Below, in pieces: positions 1 through 10,228 of a DNA stretch of 64,000 nucleotides. Source of the stretch: a virus. Its lineage: Duplodnaviria; Caudoviricetes. The notes under the pieces were generated by a model. That model did not search any database and was not told the DNA's origin. It worked only from the letters and a program-made list of their open reading frames with translations. A program made the position numbers and the translations under genes. Numbering within the stretch: position 1 is the stretch's first letter; each line of letters begins with the position of its first letter. The stretch is taken from the IMG/VR virus record IMGVR_UViG_3300033122_000343. One strand, written 5' to 3'.

Positions 1-325
1 ACCACTCATCTACTGTTGCTGCTTCCCACATTGGGTAGAAGTGTAGACCAATAGCATTAGATGAAGGAACAACTGCACCTGAGATGATGTTGTTACCATA
101 CATGAATGAACCTGCAACAGGTTCTCTGATTCCGTCGATATCGACTGGAGGTGCTGCAATGAATGCAACGATGAAGCATGCTGCTGCTGTTAGCAAGCAT
201 GGGATCATAAGGACACCAAACCAACCAACATATAGTCTGTTGTTTGTTGATGTTACCCATTCGCAGAACTCAGGCCAACCTGCTAGGAGACCATTCTGTC
301 TGCGTGATAGATTTGAAGTTGTCAT
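1..325 (-). CDS. psbA: Photosystem II D1 protein, 5' part (runs off the window)
   Basis: Manual translation [45 protein letters not shown]...[14 protein letters not shown]...[12 protein letters not shown]; absent from the ORF track. Confidence 0.99.
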   Translation of the reverse strand, partial: MTTSNLSRRQNGLLAGWPEFCEWVTSTNNRLYVGWFGVLMIPCLLTAAACFIVAFIAAPPVDIDGIREPVAGSFMYGNNIISGAVVPSSNAIGLHFYPMWEAATVDEW

Positions 326-334
326 TAGGACGTG

Positions 335-436
335 TTTAAGTAGGGCACCAAGGGTAGATGCGAAACTTATTTCCTGTAATCCCTCACTACAGGATAAAAA
401 GACTAATTATTATACTGCCTACAGAGGTCTTGGTTG
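335..436 (-). ncRNA. Structured psbA 5' leader, PhotoRC-II-like cis-regulatory RNA
   Basis: Hairpin UCCUGUAGU-GAGGG-AUUACAGGA (372-394); its loop is complementary to CCCU in the next hairpin; AAGAC/GUCUU pairing; lies directly upstream of phage psbA. Confidence 0.75.
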
Positions 437-501
437 GGAGCAGTCTAAATGGGAGGGCGATCCGTTCGAGTCCCAAATAAATTGTTAGGATTACCTCACA
501 T

Positions 502-536
502 TATTTATTATAAAGAAATGTTAAGTGGTCTGTCAA
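502..536 (-). promoter_or_regulatory. psbA dual promoter: sigma70-type overlapping a T4-type late promoter
   Basis: TTGACA (536-531), 18 nt, TATAAT (512-507), overlapping ATAAATA (508-502). Confidence 0.8.
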
Positions 537-2506
537 CTCTTCGGAAGCCTGTCACTGTCTAACATTCTTTTCACATAATGAGAAAAATTCCAACCCCAAC
601 ACCATTTTATTTTTTTTCTCATATATTCTGAAGAATAAATTGACAAGACTAATTTTTTACCAACTTTTTTTGCAGTAGGGCAAAACACTAATTGATTTTC
701 TCCACCATCTTTGTCTATCATCTTCTTCAACATCTCAGAGTGAATATTTAAAGTATTAATATTAATGAATTGATAGTCATCATCTATTTTTGTCATGGGT
801 CTAATTTCTGATAATAAATTCCTACACTCTTGATATATTTCAGTCATTGTCGTTTTTTTTGTAAACTTACCTGCTTGTGGGTGTAATTTTTTTCGATTAA
901 TTTTTGCTCTATCTCCAATAAAATCAATATCCATTTTTGTCCAATCTGGAAATATATTCCATTTTAAATTTTTCATATTCGCAAACTGTTTTGCAGCATC
1001 AAATGATATTTGATCTCTGTTAGGACCTATCAAAGAATAATGCCACCATAGATCATGAAAATGAAACATCTCTTCAGATATTTCTCTCCAAATACATGCC
1101 AATACTGGTGAAGAATATTGGTCAAATTTATATCGACCTCTTTTCTTTCCTTGATGTTCCTCATCATACAATGCTTTTGTTATATCAATAACATCTTGTT
1201 TAGTATTAAAAGCACATGCAAAACCTTCCATGACTTCATTATGATAATTGTATCTATGAGGGTGAAGCATATGAGAAAGTTTTTCTTCGCTTAATATTTT
1301 CTTACATCTTTGCACCCACTTTTTTGTGTGTTTATAACAACCATCAATCCATACTGTTTTTGTGCCTACAGGGAATACTTTATGTGGATTTATTTTCACA
1401 AATGAACTTAATCTTCTCGGACATGGATGATCTATCGGTATTGGTCTGATATCCCATGGTTCTGGAACATCCACAGTTCCATCTGTAAAACAAACATAAT
1501 AAACATCAGGATCGTAATAATTATCATGAGGTATTGTGTCATATCCATTTGTTATACATGTATAAATTACCATCTTATTTCTATAATCAAAATTATCTCT
1601 TAATTTTTTAAGTTCTTCAGGTGAGAAACGAAACCTTCCATATACCCTCTGTGCAGAAACATCATCAAATTTGTAGTCCCAAATCACAGCAGTTTCAAGT
1701 TCGGGTTTACCTATGACAAAAGAATTAGTTATGTAATCCGTTCCTGTTTGATAATTCCATTTAAGATCTATGTTAAACTTATCCGCTATTTTTTTTATAG
1801 ATTCATATGGATCACCAGTCAAACCTGTTGAGTATCGACCACCTTTACCTTCATTTAAACTCCAATATTCATCTGGGGTTGTAAAATTTTTTATTACCTC
1901 ATGCCACGGAAACATTTTATATTTTAATTCAGATGTTTGTAAAGCAATACCACATGCAAGTTGATCTCTTAAACAACCTTCTTCATATAAATCCCACCAA
2001 ATTTCATTAAAATAACTTACATCACCTTGTCTCCACATTATTGTACATAAAGGCGTGACATAAGATTTGTAATTATGTGAGTCATCTTCAAAATATCCCA
2101 TTTCTTCTAACAATTCAATGAATTCATCAAGTTCTTTTTCAGTTGTAAATCCTCTATGTAAATATTCAGCACACTCTTCTAAAAAAGTATGTTTATGTGG
2201 ATGTTGCATCAACACTACATCATGTTCTGAAAAAATTTTTTCACTATAATTAATAAAATTTTCATTTATTAAAGGTGTCATTGTGGCATCAATGTAAACA
2301 CTCTGTTCAAAAGGACAAAGTATTTTATTCATTCTTGATGACCAGACAGGATCATCATCATTTATGTATTCATCGCCATGTATAGGTCTTCCTTCCCATG
2401 GACTGGGAGGATTTTCCATTCCAAAAACAATATATGTGTGTCCCTCTGGCAACTCAGTTGGTAAATTTTCGACGTAATTATTTGTATTGCAAGTGTAGAT
2501 AATCAT
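533..2506 (-). CDS. Tandem two-domain DUF616/TOD1-MUCI70-like putative glycosyltransferase
   Basis: Two repeats of IYTCxT(N)xY, WID/YID, HPHR/HPHK and RDQ motifs. Confidence 0.7.
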   Translation of the reverse strand: MIIYTCNTNNYVENLPTELPEGHTYIVFGMENPPSPWEGRPIHGDEYINDDDPVWSSRMNKILCPFEQSVYIDATMTPLINENFINYSEKIFSEHDVVLMQHPHKHTFLEECAEYLHRGFTTEKELDEFIELLEEMGYFEDDSHNYKSYVTPLCTIMWRQGDVSYFNEIWWDLYEEGCLRDQLACGIALQTSELKYKMFPWHEVIKNFTTPDEYWSLNEGKGGRYSTGLTGDPYESIKKIADKFNIDLKWNYQTGTDYITNSFVIGKPELETAVIWDYKFDDVSAQRVYGRFRFSPEELKKLRDNFDYRNKMVIYTCITNGYDTIPHDNYYDPDVYYVCFTDGTVDVPEPWDIRPIPIDHPCPRRLSSFVKINPHKVFPVGTKTVWIDGCYKHTKKWVQRCKKILSEEKLSHMLHPHRYNYHNEVMEGFACAFNTKQDVIDITKALYDEEHQGKKRGRYKFDQYSSPVLACIWREISEEMFHFHDLWWHYSLIGPNRDQISFDAAKQFANMKNLKWNIFPDWTKMDIDFIGDRAKINRKKLHPQAGKFTKKTTMTEIYQECRNLLSEIRPMTKIDDDYQFININTLNIHSEMLKKMIDKDGGENQLVFCPTAKKVGKKLVLSIYSSEYMRKKIKWCWGWNFSHYVKRMLDSDRLPKS

Positions 2507-4098
2507 AATATGTTATAAACTCTCATATAGAATGCATGAAAGGGATATGAAGTATATAGTTTAGGATTTAAACCAGTTATTTCACTTAATTCTGAAAGTA
2601 ATTTATCAGTTTTCAAATATTGTTTTTTATCTCCATTTTGTGGATGCATACCTCGACGACCTATTTTATTATAAAAACCTAATGGCACACCAGTATCATT
2701 TCTAATTTCAAAAACAGATGGTAATTGTATACCAGATTCTTTGAGAGCAACATCAAATGAAATTTGATCTCTATTACATCCTACAAGAGACCACTCGTAC
2801 CATAATTTATTGAATTTTGTCATCTCATCACTCATTGTGCGATACACGATAGTTCCTAAAGGACTACCATAAGTTCTGAAGTTATAATTTATTTTTTTTA
2901 ATTTTTTTGTTAACAAAATAGCATCTTCATATGTAAAAAAAGCACATGTAAATCCTTCAAGAATTTCATCAAAATATGAAAATTTACCTGCATGTCTTAA
3001 CATAGTAAAAGGGAAACAACCCTTTGCTTTTTCAATAAATTCTTTAGTATGTTTATAACATCCATCTATCCACACTGTATGTGTCCCATTCGGGAACCAT
3101 AGATGAGGATTTGCTTTAGGGTAGAAAGATAATCTTCTGGGACATTTAATATCAACATTTAGTTTTATGTACTCCCATGGTTCTATTGATGTGTCTACAG
3201 TGCCATCATGAAAACATACATATCTGACATCAGGATCATAATAATTGTCTTTTGGAAATTCATCATAACCATTAGTGATGCATGTATATACTGTAAGATT
3301 TTTTACTTTATCATTTAATTCAAAAGGCATATATTTTACACAGGCATACATTTTATTTGCACCATCATCAAATAAATTTTTAAGTGAATCTACAATTTTT
3401 ATTTGATCATTTTTTGTAGGTATGGGTTTCATATCATATGCTTCACAATAATTTTTAACCCTAGTTGATCTTTTCATATCAATTTTTGGAGAAACTTTTG
3501 TGATATTAAAATGCAAAGGTGCTCTATATTTTTTTGACATTACAAATTCAGCAACAGAACTTGATACCTGATCTCTAGTGACACCATTCATATACCACTT
3601 ATGCCATAATTCTGACCACTCATTTACCTCTGGTGTTAGTCTTCTCCAAATAACACTATTAATTGTTTGTATATAATTTTTTAAATTAAAATTTATTTTT
3701 TTTATAGACTTTGCCATATTCATTATTTCTTCTTCACTTGACCATCCCTGTGAATACAATTTACTAAACTCTGTAACTATTGATCTTTGATCAGGATGTT
3801 TTTGCATGACTAAATCATGATCCTCAAAAATTTTTTTTGAATATGATATTAACGACTCTTCTATTTTGTATGATGCATCTACCCAAACCGTGCATTCATT
3901 TTTGAAATAATGATGAGGTAAATGTTTTGGATAATATGATCTTCTAACAGGACATTTTATATAATCCTTATTAATCCTTTTATATTCCCAGTTTTCAGCA
4001 GTAGGTTTTAAACCGTCCCAGAAGCATATGCACCTCACCCCTTTTGGAGCATCACTTAATTTATCATAACCGTTAGTTATGCTAGTATAAAATATCAT
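2503..4098 (-). CDS. Tandem two-domain DUF616-like putative glycosyltransferase, paralog of 533..2506
   Basis: YTSITNGYD and YTCITNGYD, WVDAS/WIDGC, RDQVS/RDQISF. Confidence 0.7.
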   Translation of the reverse strand: MIFYTSITNGYDKLSDAPKGVRCICFWDGLKPTAENWEYKRINKDYIKCPVRRSYYPKHLPHHYFKNECTVWVDASYKIEESLISYSKKIFEDHDLVMQKHPDQRSIVTEFSKLYSQGWSSEEEIMNMAKSIKKINFNLKNYIQTINSVIWRRLTPEVNEWSELWHKWYMNGVTRDQVSSSVAEFVMSKKYRAPLHFNITKVSPKIDMKRSTRVKNYCEAYDMKPIPTKNDQIKIVDSLKNLFDDGANKMYACVKYMPFELNDKVKNLTVYTCITNGYDEFPKDNYYDPDVRYVCFHDGTVDTSIEPWEYIKLNVDIKCPRRLSFYPKANPHLWFPNGTHTVWIDGCYKHTKEFIEKAKGCFPFTMLRHAGKFSYFDEILEGFTCAFFTYEDAILLTKKLKKINYNFRTYGSPLGTIVYRTMSDEMTKFNKLWYEWSLVGCNRDQISFDVALKESGIQLPSVFEIRNDTGVPLGFYNKIGRRGMHPQNGDKKQYLKTDKLLSELSEITGLNPKLYTSYPFHAFYMRVYNIL

Positions 4099-4748
4099 CC
4101 ATCTGCATTTTTTAAGATCCTATTTGTCACGTCACCTGGCTCTCTTACAAACCAACCCGTTGCAATATACTTCGATTTATCACCAGTCAAAAAAGAACCC
4201 CTATGCATATGTGTATATGCTGCTGGCCAAATAACAACAGTTCCCGTTGTGGGATGAAAAGTTTTTTTCTGATGATAAAAATCTGTCCCTCCTCCATTCT
4301 CTACAGGTATATCATTTAAGTAAATCATCCAAGTTAAAACTCTATCTCGATATAAGAAAGCACCATTTTCACAATGCCATATATGATAACCACCACCAGG
4401 ATCTGTGCGTTGTATTTTAGCAGTCCATGAAGATACGGGATCCATGTTGTCTAGAATACCTGTGTATTCTTTTGCATACTCTTCAAATGCAACTCCAACA
4501 GTTTGATTAACTTGCATTGCCAAACCAGCATCACAAACCTCCAAATATAATTGATGATCTTTTCTTCCCATACCACCATTTTTAAATTGATCTTTACCTT
4601 CATTCGTTGATCCTTGTTCAAGTCCTTCAGAAATATCTTTTTTTACATACTTCAAAGCATAAAAATGTTCAAAAGAATCAATTACTTTTTTACAAAAATC
4701 CTTTGTAACTAATCCTTCCCATACACCTATGTGATCGTAAATTTTCAT
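4095..4748 (-). CDS. 2OG-Fe(II) oxygenase
   Basis: YHIWHCE, WMIYLND, GGGT, THMHRG, KYIATGW; start taken at the ATGA overlap. Confidence 0.85.
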   Translation of the reverse strand: MKIYDHIGVWEGLVTKDFCKKVIDSFEHFYALKYVKKDISEGLEQGSTNEGKDQFKNGGMGRKDHQLYLEVCDAGLAMQVNQTVGVAFEEYAKEYTGILDNMDPVSSWTAKIQRTDPGGGYHIWHCENGAFLYRDRVLTWMIYLNDIPVENGGGTDFYHQKKTFHPTTGTVVIWPAAYTHMHRGSFLTGDKSKYIATGWFVREPGDVTNRILKNADG

Positions 4749-5554
4749 TGTTGTTTCAATTGTTCCTGTGCTTGTTGTAAGTATACTTGAGGTGGTATTC
4801 TCCCGCAATACTCATCTAATTCCATAATTTGATTTATATCCTGATTAGGTCCCTCTTTCATCCAAAAATCCGCTAAAGCATTTCTACTATCTTTATGAAA
4901 TATATCAATGTGTTCTGTGTGTATTGCTGATCCTAAATCTAATCTATAATTAAAAAATGCTGATGAGTATGCCTTACCACTATCAAGAATTAAATCCTCC
5001 GAAACTGCTCTCGGTCTTATATTTTGATCTATTTTCCATTGATGACCTCTCCTATGCAACTTAATAAGTTTTTTTGCATGATGTCTTGTAATTAAATAAC
5101 ATGCAGCAGAAAAATCATTTATAAATCTAGCATGTAGTTTAAGTGTGATACCATTTGGATTTATTATTGTCATCTGAAATACATCGAAGTTGATTGGTAA
5201 TCTTTTTCTAATATCTTTCCAAGTAAAATTCCAATATGCTGCTTGTTGTAGTTCCACATCATCTTCCATAATTATTATTTCATCTAGATCAGTTTCATTA
5301 ACAAAATATTCGATAGCATTAAGATGAGACATCACACATGCACACTCACCTTCATTCATATTATGAGGCACCTGTCCTTTTAAATATTCTTCATATTCAA
5401 CACCATCTATACCTGATATTCTTACATGATCTTTAATTCCCCAATATTCTAATTGTTTTTCCATATACTCTCTTCTATCTGGAAATCTATTTAAATTAAT
5501 CCATAATACTTTTGGAAAATCTTTTAATTTATGAAGACCTTTATTTTTATCCAA
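4745..5554 (-). CDS. Glycosyltransferase family 25
   Basis: WINLNRFPDRR, GECACVMSH, IIMEDD. Confidence 0.85.
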   Translation of the reverse strand: MDKNKGLHKLKDFPKVLWINLNRFPDRREYMEKQLEYWGIKDHVRISGIDGVEYEEYLKGQVPHNMNEGECACVMSHLNAIEYFVNETDLDEIIIMEDDVELQQAAYWNFTWKDIRKRLPINFDVFQMTIINPNGITLKLHARFINDFSAACYLITRHHAKKLIKLHRRGHQWKIDQNIRPRAVSEDLILDSGKAYSSAFFNYRLDLGSAIHTEHIDIFHKDSRNALADFWMKEGPNQDINQIMELDEYCGRIPPQVYLQQAQEQLKQQ

Positions 5555-6386
5555 TAGTCAATCCTCTACTCTTTAAATATTCTTGTTCCTTATAATACTT
5601 TATCAACCCTTCAGGACCTTTCACTCTTAAAGTTTCCCATGTGTCTCTATTTTTTTCAATGTACGGATTATTAAACCAAGAATTAGATGTTCGTCCATGT
5701 TCCATATGGTAAACAAAATCATCTATTCTTCCAACACTAGTCAACATAGAGAAACGATAATGTCTTTCATCATCTTCATAACCATATGCAATAAAATTTT
5801 CATTTTCCATTCCCCATTTTTTATATTCTTCAGTATTGAAAAATTGACAGAACCCAAATTTAGCATCCCACTTTCTATAATTTTTAAAAGAATCAAAATT
5901 AAAATTACTATTGATAAAATTAGTAACCTCAGAATCATTTGTATTTAATTGAAACTGCCAATCACCCATGCCATATGGATATACAACATTTACAGTTCCA
6001 TTTATTATTTCATCTCTTGATCTGATGTATGAAGTTTTAGGTAACAAAATATCAGAATCATAATTTACAACGACTGGTGTTTTAGTCATCATAATCATGT
6101 CATTTAATATTTTTGTCCTATGAAAAGTATACTCGGATGTTTTTTCATACACATAATTAAGATCCTCAATAGCACCACCAACAGCATCTTTTATAATTCC
6201 TAATGCAGATCTCTCAAATATTTTTTCTTCATCACACTCCTTTACAATCACAGTAGTTTTAAAATTACGAAGAAGATATATCATAGAAGTTATAATATTT
6301 CTCATTCGATCCTGACTTTCAATTCTAAGAGGAACTATAAAAGTTACATCACTTAAATCTTCCCTTTTTACATCAAAAATTTCCAT
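5547..6386 (-). CDS. GT-A fold glycosyltransferase (GT2/GT7-like)
   Basis: TFIVPLR, YDSD, ENENFIAYGYEDDE. Confidence 0.8.
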   Translation of the reverse strand: MEIFDVKREDLSDVTFIVPLRIESQDRMRNIITSMIYLLRNFKTTVIVKECDEEKIFERSALGIIKDAVGGAIEDLNYVYEKTSEYTFHRTKILNDMIMMTKTPVVVNYDSDILLPKTSYIRSRDEIINGTVNVVYPYGMGDWQFQLNTNDSEVTNFINSNFNFDSFKNYRKWDAKFGFCQFFNTEEYKKWGMENENFIAYGYEDDERHYRFSMLTSVGRIDDFVYHMEHGRTSNSWFNNPYIEKNRDTWETLRVKGPEGLIKYYKEQEYLKSRGLTIG

Positions 6387-7168
6387 TATATAACCTCCCA
6401 ATTATCACAATAAAGATCAGAGGTATCATGATGCTTAGTGTATCCAGTGCCAAACCATTTCTTAGGTGCAATGATTCTTTTCTTTTTATTTTCACACAAC
6501 CATGATCCCCACCATGAAAATGAAGAATTAGCAATTATAAAATCAGAACATAAACTCATCATACAAAGATCTGCAACATTATCCCCACCTTCTGATACTA
6601 AAAATCTATCATCTTTAAATTGCTCATTACACCATTCAGGATCATCAGAAAAAATAATTACGACTCTATTTGAATCGAACATTGATAACGCCTCATCATA
6701 ATATTCTTTAGGACATGGAGGATGATTATCACAATTTGTGATGTAGTCTGTTCTACGAACATGTAACGCTATTGGATCTTCTACTTGGTTTATCATGTCC
6801 TGACATGGACTGACAATTTGATTTTTAAATTGAAAATCCTCTCTTACTTCTTTTTCTATATGATTGAAATATTTTGTAGATTGTAAATAGGCATAAATGT
6901 TATGTCCATCTGGCATATTGTTAAATAAATTTTCATCAAAATGAAAGTGTGCCTCTTGAACGTAAGGACCTGGTATTTCTTTTATATTTTTAAGACCTGT
7001 TAATTTAAATGCTTCAAACAATTGATGATCATGCCACTCATCTTCAAAGTCACTAGCAGGTATAGCCCAATCATATCCTTTGTGTTCTGCTATACCTCTA
7101 AGTCCAGCATACTGGAACATTTGATTTCCAAGTCGTCCATGACGACCTAAATGATTAAATCCAATCAT
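6386..7168 (-). CDS. Glycosyltransferase family 11 (alpha-1,2-fucosyltransferase-like)
   Basis: GRLGNQMFQYA, HVRRTDY, IIANSSFSWW. Confidence 0.92.
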   Translation of the reverse strand: MIGFNHLGRHGRLGNQMFQYAGLRGIAEHKGYDWAIPASDFEDEWHDHQLFEAFKLTGLKNIKEIPGPYVQEAHFHFDENLFNNMPDGHNIYAYLQSTKYFNHIEKEVREDFQFKNQIVSPCQDMINQVEDPIALHVRRTDYITNCDNHPPCPKEYYDEALSMFDSNRVVIIFSDDPEWCNEQFKDDRFLVSEGGDNVADLCMMSLCSDFIIANSSFSWWGSWLCENKKKRIIAPKKWFGTGYTKHHDTSDLYCDNWEVI

Positions 7169-7844
7169 GTTTTCTTTTCAAATAATCAATTTCAGTTGGT
7201 AAAAGATGCTCAAAAGTTCTTTGAGTTTGATTTTTATGCTCACGATTTGATATATGATAATCGTGTAAAATCGCTGGTTCTCCATGATATTTATAGAGTC
7301 TATAATACATATCACAATCCATCAACATGGTAATTTCCTCATCAAAAAATTCATTCAAATCCTTTCTTAAAGCAAGAATAGATGGAGAACTAAGTGTGTT
7401 TACACCCTCTAATAATTTGTCATTATAATGAGGTATTTTTGGATTGTAATGTGATTGTCCATCATTAAGAGTGTGAGCATAACCTGTGACTGCCCACTTG
7501 ACATCATCTGTAAATGTTTTATCAAGTTGCTCTGTCAAATTTGATGTAAGAATAAAATCGTCTGAAAATAATACCTTCAAAATTTCACCTTTTGCTTTAC
7601 GCATAGCGTTGTTTGTATTAGCAGATATATTTCCTTTATTTTCTTTATTTTTTACATAAACTATATTAAGGACATCAGCATACTCATCACACGCATATCT
7701 AACTTTATTTGAATCAGAATGATCACTTATTGTGACATCAAAATTTTTATACGATTGCTGTGACAATGCATAAAAAATATCAAATAAAAACTGCTGGCAT
7801 CTTGGGTTTCCATCATGAGTCGGAATGCAATAACTTACTCTCAT
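7155..7844 (-). CDS. Glycosyltransferase family 2
   Basis: SYCIPTH, ISDHS, NTNNAM, FSDD. Confidence 0.85.
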   Translation of the reverse strand: MRVSYCIPTHDGNPRCQQFLFDIFYALSQQSYKNFDVTISDHSDSNKVRYACDEYADVLNIVYVKNKENKGNISANTNNAMRKAKGEILKVLFSDDFILTSNLTEQLDKTFTDDVKWAVTGYAHTLNDGQSHYNPKIPHYNDKLLEGVNTLSSPSILALRKDLNEFFDEEITMLMDCDMYYRLYKYHGEPAILHDYHISNREHKNQTQRTFEHLLPTEIDYLKRKHDWI

Positions 7845-8767
7845 TGTACTAAGTCTAAGACTGATAATGGGATTCTATTACTAATTAGTTTTTCGTAGTC
7901 TTTATGTAATTCACATCCTATATAATATCTTCCCAATTGTCTTGCTACCATTCCAGTAGTGCCTGATCCCATGAAAGGATCTAATACAATGTCACCCTCC
8001 TCGCTTCCTGCTTTAATACAGGGTTCAATCAGGTCAGGTGGATATGTTGCGAAGTGTGCTTCACGATATGGTTTATTTGTTACTGTCCAGACAGATCGTT
8101 TATTCTTTGTTGGATATGATTTTGTAAGACCTGAATGTGGTTGTAGTCCTGTTCCCTCGTTGTGATATTTTCCGTTTGTTCTATCTCTTGTTCCCCAATC
8201 TTTTGCTGGTTCTTTGATTGCTTCATTATTATAAAAATAATTTTTGTTTTTACTGAATAAAAAGATATATTCATGTGCTTTTGTACATCTATCTTTCACA
8301 CTCTCTGGCATTGGGTTTGGTTTGCTCCATATTATGTCCTGTCTCAAATACCATCCATCATTTCTCATTGTGAAAGCAAAGAGCCATGGGATTCCAATGA
8401 GATCTTTTTCTTTTAATCCTTCAAATTTATTTCCTCGTTTATTGCATTCTTGTGGTAGATCTTGTGTCGTTTTACTCACAGATTGTTTAGGGTATGATTG
8501 TCCTTTGCCAGGTCTGTAATTATAGTAACTATCGCCAAGATTAACCCAAAGAGTTCCATCATCTGTGAGCACATTTCGCACCTCTTTAAAAACTTTTACT
8601 AATGAATCAATGTATTCTTCTGGAGTTTGCTCCAATCCAATTTGATCATCTTCTCCACCATAGTCCCTTAGTCCATAGTATGGGGGAGATGTAACACAAG
8701 TTCTTACTTTAACATTTATTTTCTTTAATGTTTCTCGACAATCCCCATATAATATTGTATCTCTCAT
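7841..8767 (-). CDS. DNA methyltransferase, N4-C/N6-A beta class
   Basis: TSPPY near the N-terminus; HFATYP and VLDPFMGSGTT near the C-terminus. Confidence 0.93.
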   Translation of the reverse strand: MRDTILYGDCRETLKKINVKVRTCVTSPPYYGLRDYGGEDDQIGLEQTPEEYIDSLVKVFKEVRNVLTDDGTLWVNLGDSYYNYRPGKGQSYPKQSVSKTTQDLPQECNKRGNKFEGLKEKDLIGIPWLFAFTMRNDGWYLRQDIIWSKPNPMPESVKDRCTKAHEYIFLFSKNKNYFYNNEAIKEPAKDWGTRDRTNGKYHNEGTGLQPHSGLTKSYPTKNKRSVWTVTNKPYREAHFATYPPDLIEPCIKAGSEEGDIVLDPFMGSGTTGMVARQLGRYYIGCELHKDYEKLISNRIPLSVLDLVQ

Positions 8768-9438
8768 AAGTCAAGAAGTAATTCAAATGCTTCACAATTG
8801 TAACTTCTTAACTTATTTCTCAATTCATTTGAAATGTCATTGTGTATATACCATTCTTCCATGACGCAATTATTATTTCTTAAATTACAACCAACCAGAT
8901 CATATTCATACTTATAAAATATATCTCTATGATCAAACTCACCACCCCATTGTCTATATGCGTCGTGTTCATATGTAATACAATTAAATTTTAATTTATC
9001 AAAAGGAAATTTTTTTAAACATTCTAATGTAGCTGCTGGTGGTTCTAAATCAATAGAAAGATAATCGAGATGTCTTGGTAGATTGAGTTCGTCTATATGA
9101 GAAACATAATCAAAATTAATTGCGTCATCTTTATACATCTTTGTTAGAGGTCTTTTACCATTCCACATATCTGCAAATTCACTTTCAAGTTCTATAGATA
9201 ATCCTCTCCACTCAAAATGTTCTTCTAATAACCATGTATTGTTTCCTATGAAAGGTTGTCCACCACCTATCTCTATAAATGTGCCATTGTCTTTACCATC
9301 ATTCACAACCAAAGCAAAGATATCTTGCCACACCTGTGAGTAATTTTTTTTAATATTTTTAAGTGATTCAGGTTTTATCTTTAGGAATTCGTAATCCTTT
9401 TGAATGTAGTTTGTTTGACACTGACTTTGAAATGGCAT
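8764..9438 (-). CDS. FkbM-like SAM-dependent methyltransferase
   Basis: YSQVWQD, GTFIEIGG, NNTWLLE, DYLSIDLE, ITYEHD. Confidence 0.75.
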   Translation of the reverse strand: MPFQSQCQTNYIQKDYEFLKIKPESLKNIKKNYSQVWQDIFALVVNDGKDNGTFIEIGGGQPFIGNNTWLLEEHFEWRGLSIELESEFADMWNGKRPLTKMYKDDAINFDYVSHIDELNLPRHLDYLSIDLEPPAATLECLKKFPFDKLKFNCITYEHDAYRQWGGEFDHRDIFYKYEYDLVGCNLRNNNCVMEEWYIHNDISNELRNKLRSYNCEAFELLLDL

Positions 9439-10228
9439 TTTTCTTTACATCCTGTTGAATTTTTCTTGTCAATCTTGGGACAACATCGTTGTCACTATGA
9501 AATTGTTTTGCAATCTCATAGTTTTTTTCTATGACATCTTGCTTACTATTATAGTAGTCTTCACTAATAAAGTCCATGATATCAACCAACTCTGACACAT
9601 TATCAAAAGTTATAACTCCATCCATATCAAACCACTTACTTAAATTTGGACAACCATAATAAATTGGAATTGTTTTACTAGCGAAACAATCAATTATTTT
9701 TTCAGTAAAATAATTATCTTGTTTTGAATTCTCGACAGCAACATGAAACATTGCATTTTCAAAAAAATCATTTCTTTCTGGATAAAAAGGTGGAGATAGA
9801 TGTTGATATATTTCTATATCATTTAATGTTGTGTCAATATTTTTTAAGTATTCGTATATTGATAATCGTAATCTATGCCCCTTAGTGTGATTTTTACTAC
9901 TCGTGACAAAAGTTAAATTAGGTTTTTTATTTAATTTTAAATTTTTAAAATCTAACCAAGATGATCCCCATTCAAAAAGTTCTGCTTGGGGATATTTTTT
10001 AATGATGCTTTGTGTAAAAGTAAATATTCTATCAAATTCATATGAATTCTTTAATGCTCCCTCATTAATTGTCGGTGCGACTGCAAAAGGTTCTGCTAAA
10101 AACAATATCTTATAATCTGCTTTAGGGTCAAAAGATAAATTGTCAACTGATATACTTACTTTACAATCAAAATCTAATCCTTTTTCCTGCCAAGGATTCC
10201 ACCACAGGGTTTGTATACTTGCTTTCAT
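9368..10228 (-). CDS. Glycosyltransferase family 10-like (fucosyltransferase-like)
   Basis: FHVAVENS, YFTEKIIDCF, IPIYYG. Confidence 0.75.
   Translation of the reverse strand: MKASIQTLWWNPWQEKGLDFDCKVSISVDNLSFDPKADYKILFLAEPFAVAPTINEGALKNSYEFDRIFTFTQSIIKKYPQAELFEWGSSWLDFKNLKLNKKPNLTFVTSSKNHTKGHRLRLSIYEYLKNIDTTLNDIEIYQHLSPPFYPERNDFFENAMFHVAVENSKQDNYFTEKIIDCFASKTIPIYYGCPNLSKWFDMDGVITFDNVSELVDIMDFISEDYYNSKQDVIEKNYEIAKQFHSDNDVVPRLTRKIQQDVKKNAISKSVSNKLHSKGLRIPKDKT

Noticed and set aside
451-474. GTTCGAGTCCC resembling a tRNA T-loop
   Set aside because: No T-stem pairing or cloverleaf; better explained as a minus-strand leader motif
84-488. 134-aa plus-strand ORF
   Set aside because: Antisense shadow of psbA and its leader
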